31,414 nucleotides of DNA, taken from the NCBI GenBank assembly GCA_963169475.1, contig CAUJFT010000442.1, positions 1-31,414 of the forward strand, read 5' to 3'. The notes under the pieces are model-generated. The model had not been told where the DNA came from. It worked only from the letters and a program-made list of their open reading frames with translations, and did not search any database. Shown here one piece after another: positions 1-8,646 of the stretch; position 1 is the stretch's first letter; the number at the start of each line of letters is the position of its first letter. The DNA comes from Bacteroidota bacterium (lineage in GTDB: Bacteria > Bacteroidota > Bacteroidia > J057). Position numbers and translations under genes: made by a program.

Positions 1-1101
1 ATCCCTACCCCTACCTCGTGGCTGTGGGACTTTGGAGACGGTACAAGCTCTACCTTACAAAACCCCTCACATACCTATGCTGCAAATGGAGCTTATACCG
101 TAAAACTTAAGGGAACAAATACCTTCGGGTCTAATGATGAAATAAAAACTTCTTACGTTACCATTAATATGCCTGCTGCACCAACCTTTGTAAATCCCAA
201 CCCTTCGGTTATTAGTGGGCAGACGGCAACGCTAAATGCAAATGCTTCCGGCTCAATCGTATGGTATGACAATAGCGGAACACAGATAGCCATCGGAAAC
301 AGCTATACGACCCCTCCTCTTGTAGCAAATACCACTTATTTCGCCCAAAGTGTTGTAGCTGCCCCCATACAGACGGGGGGACCCGCAGATAATACTATCG
401 GGCAGGGAGGGTATTTTAATAATCCTGTTAGGCATCTAAAATTTGACGTATTACAAAATTGTACCCTAAGTACAGTAGATGTCTATGCGGAAAACTCTGG
501 TACTCGCTACATCGAACATAGAGACCAGCAAGGAACCGTCCTTAATGATACTGCTATTTATCTGAATCAAGGACAAAATACCCTTACGCTCAACTTCCCC
601 CTCACGCCAGGATTACAATACGAACTCGGGGTGGACCCCGGTACCCAGAACCCTGGATTGTATAGAAATAGTAGCGGTGCTAATTTCCCTTACAATATAG
701 GAGGGCTGGTATCTATTACCGGAACCGACGCTTCCGCCGCCGCATATTATTATTTCTTCTACAATTGGGAAGTAGTGGGCGAAGATTGTAGAAGTGCCCA
801 AAGCCCAATTACTGTCAATGTTACTGCTAATAGTATTCAATCCGGATTAAAAAATGGAAACATTTCTCTTTATCCGAACCCAAGTAACGGACTATTTAGT
901 GTGGATATTCACAATGACCGTAGTGAAAACCTCTTTGTAACGATATATAATCTCTTGGGACAAGAACAGTTACATACTGAAAGTGTATATGCTAATAGAT
1001 GGCTTAAAACTATTGATGCCTCTTCTTTTGCGGCAGGAACTTATTTTGTGCAGATTACGGTAGGGGAAGAAGTGGTCTTTATGAAATATATTAAGGAATA
1101 A
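1..1101 (+). CDS. 5'-truncated T9SS cargo protein: PKD domain, Ig-like/beta-sandwich domains and C-terminal type A sorting domain
   Basis: Frame 1 is open from base 1 (IPTPTSWLWDFGDGTSSTLQNPSHTY, a PKD signature) into the 169..1101 ORF, so Met169 is internal. The C-terminus LYPNPSNGLF...GTYFVQI...KYIKE is a typical Por/T9SS CTD. Confidence 0.9.
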   Translation: MPTPTSWLWDFGDGTSSTLQNPSHTYAANGAYTVKLKGTNTFGSNDEIKTSYVTINMPAAPTFVNPNPSVISGQTATLNANASGSIVWYDNSGTQIAIGNSYTTPPLVANTTYFAQSVVAAPIQTGGPADNTIGQGGYFNNPVRHLKFDVLQNCTLSTVDVYAENSGTRYIEHRDQQGTVLNDTAIYLNQGQNTLTLNFPLTPGLQYELGVDPGTQNPGLYRNSSGANFPYNIGGLVSITGTDASAAAYYYFFYNWEVVGEDCRSAQSPITVNVTANSIQSGLKNGNISLYPNPSNGLFSVDIHNDRSENLFVTIYNLLGQEQLHTESVYANRWLKTIDASSFAAGTYFVQITVGEEVVFMKYIKE

Positions 1102-1117
1102 AAGCTCGTAGTCTTGG

Positions 1118-1149
1118 AAAACGGTAGCCTTAAAAGCTGCCGTTTTTTT
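1118..1149 (+). terminator. Rho-independent terminator after the T9SS cargo gene
   Basis: Stem AAAACGGTAGC / GCTGCCGTTTT (one G-U pair), 7-nt loop and a T-run, 17 nt after the stop codon. Confidence 0.85.
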
Positions 1150-1399
1150 ATTATAATTTTAAGAATCCAAGGTATCTCTCCTCTTTGCCTTGCTGCAAGT
1201 ATCAAAGCACTCTTTGTTGCCTTTTATAGATACAGGATGTTATTCGCCATAAGGACTTTTATCGCTGAAATTTTGGTATTAACGTAGAAAATGTATCGTT
1301 ACTGCTTTTCTGTTTTTTTTAGCATATTCTTTCTAATTTATGAGTCTTTTTGTAACCTTTTTAGCGTTTTAGGGTTTGGAGAGAAAAAACAAAACATAA

Positions 1400-1945
1400 A
1401 TGAAAGCCAATAATTCCGTTCAATCTCCCCAAGAATTTGTAATACTCGTAGATGAAAATGATACCGAAATAGGAGTCATGGAGAAAATGGAGGCGCATAA
1501 AAAAGGACTGCTTCATCGGGCATTTTCCTTTTTTGTTTTTAACAGTAAGGGCGAAATGCTAATACAAAGGAGGGCTTTTTCCAAGTATCATTCGCAAGGA
1601 CTTTGGACAAACGCTTGTTGCAGTCACCCCAGACCCAATGAACCAGTAGAAGCCGCGGCTGAAAGGAGAATCTGGGAGGAAATGGGCATTCAAGTATCTG
1701 CCCTCTTTTTATTCCATTTTATCTATAAGGCAGAAGTTGCACACGGTCTTACCGAGCATGAATTAGATTATGTCTTTATTGGGCAATATGACGGCGAGCC
1801 AAACCCCGACCCTGAAGAGGTTTCAGAATGGAAGTATATTGATATGCAGAGTTTGAAGCAATTTGTAAGTCTCAATCCCGAAAATTACACTATTTGGTTT
1901 AAAATTATCTGGGAAAAAGTGAGAGCATACAACCCCAAAGTATAA
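1400..1945 (+). CDS. idi: Isopentenyl-diphosphate delta-isomerase, type 1 (Nudix fold)
   Basis: Motifs AHKKGLLHRAFS, WTNACCSHP, EHELDYVF and NYTIWF. Confidence 0.95.
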   Translation: MKANNSVQSPQEFVILVDENDTEIGVMEKMEAHKKGLLHRAFSFFVFNSKGEMLIQRRAFSKYHSQGLWTNACCSHPRPNEPVEAAAERRIWEEMGIQVSALFLFHFIYKAEVAHGLTEHELDYVFIGQYDGEPNPDPEEVSEWKYIDMQSLKQFVSLNPENYTIWFKIIWEKVRAYNPKV

Positions 1946-2074
1946 ATTTCTTTACTCACTTTAATGTTTTGAATAAGAAAAATAAGGTTAAAAATGAATG
2001 ACAAATAATAAAATTAATTAATAACTAATATTTTAACTGATAATAATTTTCTTGGTTTTTACTCAATCATACTT

Positions 2075-2953
2075 ATGAAAAGAATAGTGATTATATTATG
2101 CCTTTGGCTTCTCCAAAATGTGTGGGCGCAGCCGCCTAAAGTACTAGTCGTAAACGCTCACCCTGACGATGAATCCGGGTGCGCTGCTACAATATATAAA
2201 ATTACTCATGAGCTTGGAGGAGTTGTAGACCTTGTAGTAATTACTAACGGGGAAGCCGGGTATAAATATTCACTTCTTGCTGAAAATATCTACAAACAGC
2301 CGCTCACGCGCGAAGCTATAGGGCGCAAATATCTGCCCAGAATCCGAAAAAAAGAGTTGAGAGCCGGGTGTAATTGGGTGGGTATTCGGGATATTATACA
2401 CTTTAACCAATTAGATACGCACTATACTCTTGATGCCGATACGGTACTGACCGCCGTTTGGGACGTGGAGAATATCCGTAAGAAACTAATCAAAAGGATA
2501 CAAAAGGAGCAATATGATTACCTGTTTTGCCTCCTTCCCACAGAGGAAACACACGGACACCACAAAGCAGCAACGATTCTTGCGTTGGAAACTGTACAGA
2601 TGCTTCCTCAAAATCGCCCGATTGTACTAGGAGTAAGTGTAAGCGGAAAAGAAGATACCCTAATAAAAACCTTCAAGGGATTAGAAAAATATACCATTAC
2701 TTCTCTCCGAAAAAATCCAACATCTTCCTTTCAGGTGGATAGAACTACCTCATTTGGATATAAAAATCGGCTGAACTATCAAATCGTGGTAAATTGGCTT
2801 ATCGCAGAGCATAAGTCCCAAGGTACTATGCAAACCTATATGAATCAGGGTGATTTTGAAAATTTCTGGTATTTCGACCTGAATACTCCGGAAAGAAAAA
2901 AGAAAACGGCAGATTTTTTCGATAAACTATCTCGAGCTACTTTGGTAAAGTAA
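2075..2953 (+). CDS. Secreted PIG-L/LmbE-family deacetylase
   Basis: Signal peptide (VWA|QPP), metal-binding motif AHPDDE, TNGEAG, R..EL and HGHH. Confidence 0.85.
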   Translation: MKRIVIILCLWLLQNVWAQPPKVLVVNAHPDDESGCAATIYKITHELGGVVDLVVITNGEAGYKYSLLAENIYKQPLTREAIGRKYLPRIRKKELRAGCNWVGIRDIIHFNQLDTHYTLDADTVLTAVWDVENIRKKLIKRIQKEQYDYLFCLLPTEETHGHHKAATILALETVQMLPQNRPIVLGVSVSGKEDTLIKTFKGLEKYTITSLRKNPTSSFQVDRTTSFGYKNRLNYQIVVNWLIAEHKSQGTMQTYMNQGDFENFWYFDLNTPERKKKTADFFDKLSRATLVK

Positions 2954-2963
2954 AAAAAATGTA

Positions 2964-2971
2964 TATCTTTG
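2964..2971 (+). promoter_or_regulatory. Bacteroidota sigma70 -7 element upstream of mutL
   Basis: TATCTTTG matches TAnnTTTG, 42 nt upstream of the ATG. Confidence 0.65.
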
Positions 2972-3013
2972 TAATGAGAAGGGCAAAGGAATTACCCCTT
3001 TGAGCGTGCTTAA

Positions 3014-4804
3014 ATGGAAAGTATCATTAGACTATTACCGGATTCAATCGCAAATCAAATTGCCGCAGGAGAAGTAGTACAAAGACCGGCTTCTGCGGTC
3101 AAGGAGTTGTTAGAAAATGCGATAGATGCAAAGGCTACACGTATTGAGCTTGTCATTAAAGATGCAGGCAAAACCCTTATTCAGGTTACAGATAACGGAG
3201 GAGGAATGTCTTCTCAAGATGCAAGAATGTGTTTTGAAAGGCACGCTACTTCAAAAATTCGGCAAAAAGATGACTTATTCCGGATTCAAACCTTAGGATT
3301 TAGAGGAGAAGCGATGGCAAGTATTGCAGCAATCGCCCAAGTAAAGCTCCGCACCCGTATGCCCTCTGCCGAATTAGGGACAGAAATTGAGATAGAAGGA
3401 AACGAAATCAAAAAGACAGAGCCTGTAGCCATGCCTATCGGTACAATGATTCAGGTGAAAAATCTGTTTTTTAATGTCCCGGCTAGACGAAACTTTCTTA
3501 AATCTAATGCGGTAGAAACACGCCATATTCTTAATGAAATTATTCGCGTGGCAATCCCTAATCCTAATATTCACTTCGTTTTTAAGCATAATGACACCTT
3601 AGTATTTGACCTCGCCGCGACTACCCTAAAAGAACGTTTGTATCAATTATTAGGTAATGACCTCAAAGGTGAACTGTCCCCACTTGCAGAAGAAACCGGA
3701 TATGTTTCCATTTCGGGGCTAATCGGCTCTCCAAAAATAGCCCGTAAAAGCAGGGAGGAGCAATATTTTTTTGTCAATCATCGATATATTAAAAACGGAC
3801 TACTCCATCATGCGGTCGCCACTGCTTATGATTCTCTCATTCCCAAAGAAAAACATCCATTCTATTGTATTTTTCTTGAAATAGACCCCAAACATGTAGA
3901 TATTAATATTCACCCCACTAAAACAGAGGTGAAATTTGATGATGAGCAAACGTTGTACGCCTTGCTGAACGGGGTCATCAAAAAAAACTTAGGAGCGTTG
4001 CACAATATCCCCCAAATGGATTTTGACGAAAATGTAAATGATGAGATATATCGCAAAATATATATCGCACCCCAGCCTTTTCATAAAGAGGAAACGGTAA
4101 AGAAATCCCTTTCGGGGTTTAACTTTCGGGAAGAAAATACTCCCGTACCGGATAAGGAAGATTGGAATCGCTTTTACATGCCTGTATCCCCTAGGGAGAA
4201 TCCCATACAGACCGAAATGGAGATGATAAAAAAAGTCCCTGACGTTGTTTTTATTGGTATGTGTAGTAGTAATGATTTAATTATTGCAGAAAAAGATAAA
4301 CAACTCTATCTTATCAATCGCAAAAATGCAGAGGAAAGGGTCTGGTATGAAAGGTGGCTTTCAAAATATCGTAACGCTCAAACTGTGTCCCAGCAGTTAT
4401 TATTCCCCCAAACCTTTGAATTTTCCCAGCCTGATAAATGGATATTGCTTGAAGCTGAAAAAGAACTATTAACACTTGGATTAGAAGTTAAAGATTTTCA
4501 GGGGAATACGGTGATTGTTTACAGTACTCCCCCCGACTTGCCCGCAGGAAAGGTACGAGATTTGCTAGACCAGATAATCGTAGATATTCAAACGATAGGT
4601 AAAGTTAGCATAGCCACAGAGTTGCCGGACAAATTTGCGAAAAATGTGGCGGCTAAAATAGCCGCCCACAAACCTTTTCAGGTACAAGAGGCCCCCCTCC
4701 TTGTAGTAGCCTTGTTTCAAACAGAGAACCCCTCTATTTCTCCCTCCGGAAAGATGACGTGGAAAAAAATTAGTAATGAAGAAATAGACGCCTTCTTTAA
4801 CTAA
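3014..4804 (+). CDS. mutL: DNA mismatch repair protein MutL
   Basis: ANQIAAGEVVQRPASAVKELLENAIDA, DNGGGM, TLGFRGEAMASI and VDINIHPTKTEVKF. The C-terminal domain has the clamp motif QQLLFP but a degenerate nuclease motif. Confidence 0.97.
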   Translation: MESIIRLLPDSIANQIAAGEVVQRPASAVKELLENAIDAKATRIELVIKDAGKTLIQVTDNGGGMSSQDARMCFERHATSKIRQKDDLFRIQTLGFRGEAMASIAAIAQVKLRTRMPSAELGTEIEIEGNEIKKTEPVAMPIGTMIQVKNLFFNVPARRNFLKSNAVETRHILNEIIRVAIPNPNIHFVFKHNDTLVFDLAATTLKERLYQLLGNDLKGELSPLAEETGYVSISGLIGSPKIARKSREEQYFFVNHRYIKNGLLHHAVATAYDSLIPKEKHPFYCIFLEIDPKHVDINIHPTKTEVKFDDEQTLYALLNGVIKKNLGALHNIPQMDFDENVNDEIYRKIYIAPQPFHKEETVKKSLSGFNFREENTPVPDKEDWNRFYMPVSPRENPIQTEMEMIKKVPDVVFIGMCSSNDLIIAEKDKQLYLINRKNAEERVWYERWLSKYRNAQTVSQQLLFPQTFEFSQPDKWILLEAEKELLTLGLEVKDFQGNTVIVYSTPPDLPAGKVRDLLDQIIVDIQTIGKVSIATELPDKFAKNVAAKIAAHKPFQVQEAPLLVVALFQTENPSISPSGKMTWKKISNEEIDAFFN

Positions 4805-4868
4805 TGTGCTGATGAAAAAGGAGTAGTTACTTTTTTTTAAATACCGTTTTTTTCAATATTGAATAAAA

Positions 4869-5327
4869 ATGAAAAGATTTTTTCTAATTTTTTTTCTTCT
4901 CATAGTACCAATGGTACTGCTTTTCTCCCAAAATAAAATAGTGAATTGGGAGGTGAATTACGACAAAAGTCAGTTAAAACAAGGAAATACTGTACAGGTT
5001 GTCTTTACGGGTACGGTCGCTGATGGCTATAAGATATACAGCCTGAACCAAAAAGAACCGGCATTGACAAGCTACGCGCTTAGCTTTGTCCCAGATAAAA
5101 AAATGCAAAAAGCCACTGTGGGAGAAATACGCGAACGCTCTACCACACACTCAAAAAGGGAAGATATTCAAAATGCTGATTTTGTCTTTACAGAAAAAAA
5201 AATCATCATCGAGCAAGATTTTGTAATTACAGGGGAGGAGCCTATCATCAAAGGGCAGCTAATCTATACCATTACGAATGACATCTTGAATAATCAGCGT
5301 AAGGCGTTTTCTTTTCATCTCAAATAA
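4869..5327 (+). CDS. Secreted protein resembling the DsbD N-terminal Ig-like domain, with no cysteines
   Basis: Signal peptide (LFS|QNK) and the pattern V.W...V.FTG.V..GYKIYS...Q.F.I...IKG.L.Y. The fold was assigned by eye only. Confidence 0.55.
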   Translation: MKRFFLIFFLLIVPMVLLFSQNKIVNWEVNYDKSQLKQGNTVQVVFTGTVADGYKIYSLNQKEPALTSYALSFVPDKKMQKATVGEIRERSTTHSKREDIQNADFVFTEKKIIIEQDFVITGEEPIIKGQLIYTITNDILNNQRKAFSFHLK

Positions 5328-5357
5328 AAAACGACTATAAAGTTCCTTTTTCTACCC

Positions 5358-5879
5358 TTATTCCCAAACGACCTCACCCGTTTCTGCGGTGAAAGTGTTG
5401 TTGTGGTTGTCTGTCAGTACAATTTTAAAATTATGTGTTTTTTCTGCGGGAGAGTGTATAAATCGGAGATAAATTCCTGACTGGAATAAGTCTCCCTTTT
5501 GGAGAATAATAGGTAAAAGATTGGCATGTATTTCTGTTCCGGTTTGAGATGCCACTAGTTCCCCGCTTAGGTCTTCCCCGCCTTGAATGGCATTAAAGGA
5601 GCGGCTGCTGGTTATTTTTATGGTTTTTATTCCTCTACAAAGTTTCTGGACGGGGAGCATAAGCGCGTATGCGGCATTCCCAAAACCCAAATCGGGAAAA
5701 CCACTATCCGCAGTTTCTCCTTCAAAATTCAATAGTAAATAACGTGTTGTATCAGTAGTGCTCTGAATGAAAGTTGTTTGAATCCCTGAAATACAAATTT
5801 CTTCACCCGTCCCATTTTTGCGGGGACAAGCAGAGAGTAAGACTACCAAAAAAAATACGATAAAAATTCTTTGTGCCAT
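5358..5879 (-). CDS. Hypothetical lipoprotein (DUF5034-like)
   Basis: Hydrophobic leader with lipobox LSAC. AAYA and I.ITS...FN...GEDLS segments recall Bacteroidota DUF5034 lipoproteins; the family call is tentative. Confidence 0.65.
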   Translation of the reverse strand: MAQRIFIVFFLVVLLSACPRKNGTGEEICISGIQTTFIQSTTDTTRYLLLNFEGETADSGFPDLGFGNAAYALMLPVQKLCRGIKTIKITSSRSFNAIQGGEDLSGELVASQTGTEIHANLLPIILQKGDLFQSGIYLRFIHSPAEKTHNFKIVLTDNHNNTFTAETGEVVWE

Positions 5880-5918
5880 AAAATTTAAGTTTTTATAAAA
5901 ATGCGAGGGAGAAGCTAT

Positions 5919-5933
5919 CTCTCATAGGACTTA
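5919..5933 (-). repeat. Intergenic 15-mer TAAGTCCTATGAGAG, copy 1
   Basis: Reverse complement is identical to 17471..17485. Confidence 0.5.
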
Positions 5934-6174
5934 CGCAAAACAAATTCTTGATAATCAATCCTTTATTGTGCTGTGTGTTAAGTTTTAGGTTATTGAAAAT
6001 CAAGGCATTACAGAAAGCGGGTAAATCTTATCTCATTTTATTTTAAGGAAAAGACGAGGATAAAAATATTTTGGTTGGTTCTATTTTTAGAAACGTTACT
6101 GATAATCATAAACTCAGGGAGGTCAAGTCAATCTCAATATAATGAGAATCCCTCCAACTCTCTTTCTCCAAATT

Positions 6175-6789
6175 TTATTTAATTTCGCTACTATGCAGGA
6201 CAATCACTCCGGCAGATTTCATTTCATCAATCGCTTTTTCTACCTCTCCCGGGCGGAGGTTCACTCCTTTACAAGCATCAGAGATAAGGTAAGTTTTAAA
6301 TCCGCATGAAATGGCATCTAATGCAGTATATTTTACACAAAAATCTGTGGCAAGTCCGGTAATATATACTTCGGTTACCGCTTTTTCTTCCAGATAGTCG
6401 GCGAGTCCGGTGGATTGTTTTCTACCGTTGTCAAAAAAACCGCTATAACTATCTATTGTAATATTCGTCCCTTTATGAAATATTTTAGAAACATTTGTCA
6501 AATCCAAACTATTGACAAATTCCGCACCGTATGTGTGTTGAACACAATGCTTGGGCCATAAAATCTGTGGCAATCCGTATAAATCAATTACTTGCCCGAT
6601 TTGTGTATTGGGGTGATTAGAGGAAAAACTACCGTGATTATCAGGATGCCAATCTTGGGTAGCTACAATGACACTAAAATATTTCATTAGTTGGTTTACT
6701 ACCGGAACGACTTTATCCCCGTCTGCTACCGCAAGCGTACCTCCTTGTACAAAATCGTTCTGAATATCCACAAGAATCAATGCTTTCAT
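6175..6789 (-). CDS. pncA: Nicotinamidase/pyrazinamidase
   Basis: VDIQNDF, QDWHP, WPKHC, FHKG, DSYSGFFDN and GLATDFCV; the Asp-Lys-Cys triad is intact. Confidence 0.95.
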   Translation of the reverse strand: MKALILVDIQNDFVQGGTLAVADGDKVVPVVNQLMKYFSVIVATQDWHPDNHGSFSSNHPNTQIGQVIDLYGLPQILWPKHCVQHTYGAEFVNSLDLTNVSKIFHKGTNITIDSYSGFFDNGRKQSTGLADYLEEKAVTEVYITGLATDFCVKYTALDAISCGFKTYLISDACKGVNLRPGEVEKAIDEMKSAGVIVLHSSEIK

Positions 6790-7189
6790 TATTTTTCTTT
6801 TAAGGTAAACCTATATATATAATAAATGTTTTGACAATATTTTTTGGGTAATACTTCTCCTGAATATTTATCAAATACTACGAATACAAAACAAAAATAT
6901 TTAAGGCTTGGTTATACTCAAAATAGGTTAGACTTCCTTACTCAAACCCGGAGAATGCTGGTGGAGTGTTTGTCATATACGTATCTTGTAAAACGAAATT
7001 CTTCGCACTTGGTATTTTCTTTCTAAAATCTTCTTTAAGGCAAGAAACCTCTTCTTATTTCCGGCTTTAATCGTAGGGCGTTAGTTTGTTACAATAATCC
7101 ATTAAAGTAACATATTTCCTCCCAAAGACAGTGGATTGAGGTCGGACTTTTCATTTTGTTAAGGGTTATTTTCTGTAGAAATAATAGAT

Positions 7190-7702
7190 ATGCAGTTGGA
7201 CGAAGCAAAAGAAAAACTTATTCAGACATTTGGCGCGCTGGGAACAAGTTGGGGGGTAACCCGAACGATGGCACAAGTACATGCCCTACTTCTACTCTCC
7301 GAAGATGCCCTTTCGGCAGAGGAGGTAATGGATTCTTTGCAGATTTCCAGAGGTAATGCTAACCAAAATATTCGCTCATTGATAGACTGGGGGTTAGTAA
7401 GGCGGGAATGTAAAGTAGGAGAAAGGCGGGAGTTTTTTGTGGCAGAGAAGGATATGTGGCGGGTAGCAATTCAAATTATTCAGGAGCGTAGAAAAAGAGA
7501 GCTTGCTCCTATCCTTCAAGCCCTTCAAGAAATAAAAAATGTGAGTGGAGTAGGAGACGAGGAGGAAAAGCAACGCTTTATAGAAACTGCCGAAAAATTG
7601 AATCATATTATTGGTCAAGCGGATAATTTTTTAGACTTTGTAGTAAAATCCGAAAAAAACCTCTTGATAAGCACCCTGATGCGACTTATTCCTAAAAAAT
7701 AA
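7190..7702 (+). CDS. GbsR/MarR-family winged-helix transcriptional regulator
   Basis: WGVTRTMAQVHALLL, ISRGNANQNIRSLIDWGLV and GERREFF. Confidence 0.88.
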   Translation: MQLDEAKEKLIQTFGALGTSWGVTRTMAQVHALLLLSEDALSAEEVMDSLQISRGNANQNIRSLIDWGLVRRECKVGERREFFVAEKDMWRVAIQIIQERRKRELAPILQALQEIKNVSGVGDEEEKQRFIETAEKLNHIIGQADNFLDFVVKSEKNLLISTLMRLIPKK

Positions 7703-8596
7703 ATGATAAAGAAATACCTTCCGTATATACAACTACATACGGCTATTATTTTATTTGGATTTACCGGTATTTTGGGTAGGTTAATTAATGAAGAAGGGAT
7801 TAGTGGACCTTTACTTGTTTTTTATCGGTTAGTACTTACGCTTCTGAGCCTGATAATTATCTTTCCTGTAACTCTGAAAAATATCTTTTCGATGAAGTTT
7901 GGTGAGGTCATGAAAATTTCCGGAATAGGGCTAATCGTCGCGTTACATTGGGTTGCTTTTTATACCTCTATTCAGGTTTCTAATGTAAGTCTTGCATTAT
8001 GTTGTCTGGCTGCCTCTCCTTTTTTTACTGCCATTATTGAGCCGTTTGTCTTTAAGCGAAAAATAGCGAAAATAGAGATTTATCTGGGCATAATTGTGAT
8101 TATTGGGTTTGTGTTTGTGTTTGGGTTTTCTTTTGAATACGTATGGGGCATTGTCATCGGAATTATTTCGGCACTTTGTGCCTCTATTTTCAGCGTATTG
8201 AATAAAACGATTGCTTCCCGATACAACACCTACGTAATCATGGCGATTGAATTTACTGCTGGTATCGGGCTACTTGTAGTCTGTATGCCTTTGATTCTTG
8301 CGATTTTCCCGACGGAGCATTTTTTACCTACTACAACCAAAGCATGGGTTTACCTTGGGGTACTTGCATTGCTTTGTACTACGCTTGCGTATGCACTCTC
8401 TATTTTTTCGCTTAGGCATCTCTCTGCTTTTACCACAAACTTGAGTATCAACTTGGAACCGGTTTATGGGATAATTATGGCGTACTTCTGGTTTCATGAG
8501 CATGAGGATTTGTCTCCCGGGTTCTACTATGGTGCAATTCTGATTGTGTCCACCGTTTTCCTTCACCCTGTATTACAAAAGCGGCTACCTTCTTGA
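7703..8596 (+). CDS. EamA/DMT-family 10-TM transporter, translationally coupled to the regulator
   Basis: About 10 hydrophobic helices in two repeats, LHWVAFY and NLEPVYGI. The ATG directly follows the upstream TAA (TAAATG). Confidence 0.9.
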   Translation: MIKKYLPYIQLHTAIILFGFTGILGRLINEEGISGPLLVFYRLVLTLLSLIIIFPVTLKNIFSMKFGEVMKISGIGLIVALHWVAFYTSIQVSNVSLALCCLAASPFFTAIIEPFVFKRKIAKIEIYLGIIVIIGFVFVFGFSFEYVWGIVIGIISALCASIFSVLNKTIASRYNTYVIMAIEFTAGIGLLVVCMPLILAIFPTEHFLPTTTKAWVYLGVLALLCTTLAYALSIFSLRHLSAFTTNLSINLEPVYGIIMAYFWFHEHEDLSPGFYYGAILIVSTVFLHPVLQKRLPS

Positions 8597-8646
8597 TTTT
8601 GATAATATCCATATATTTCTTTTTTTTGTGAATCAATTAAAGGAAT

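Noticed and set aside
6790-7189. NAD-related riboswitch or NrtR operator upstream of pncA
   Set aside because: Only weak short hairpins and an AGGTAAACCT near-palindrome are present, with no match I can support to known NAD riboswitch or NrtR consensus.
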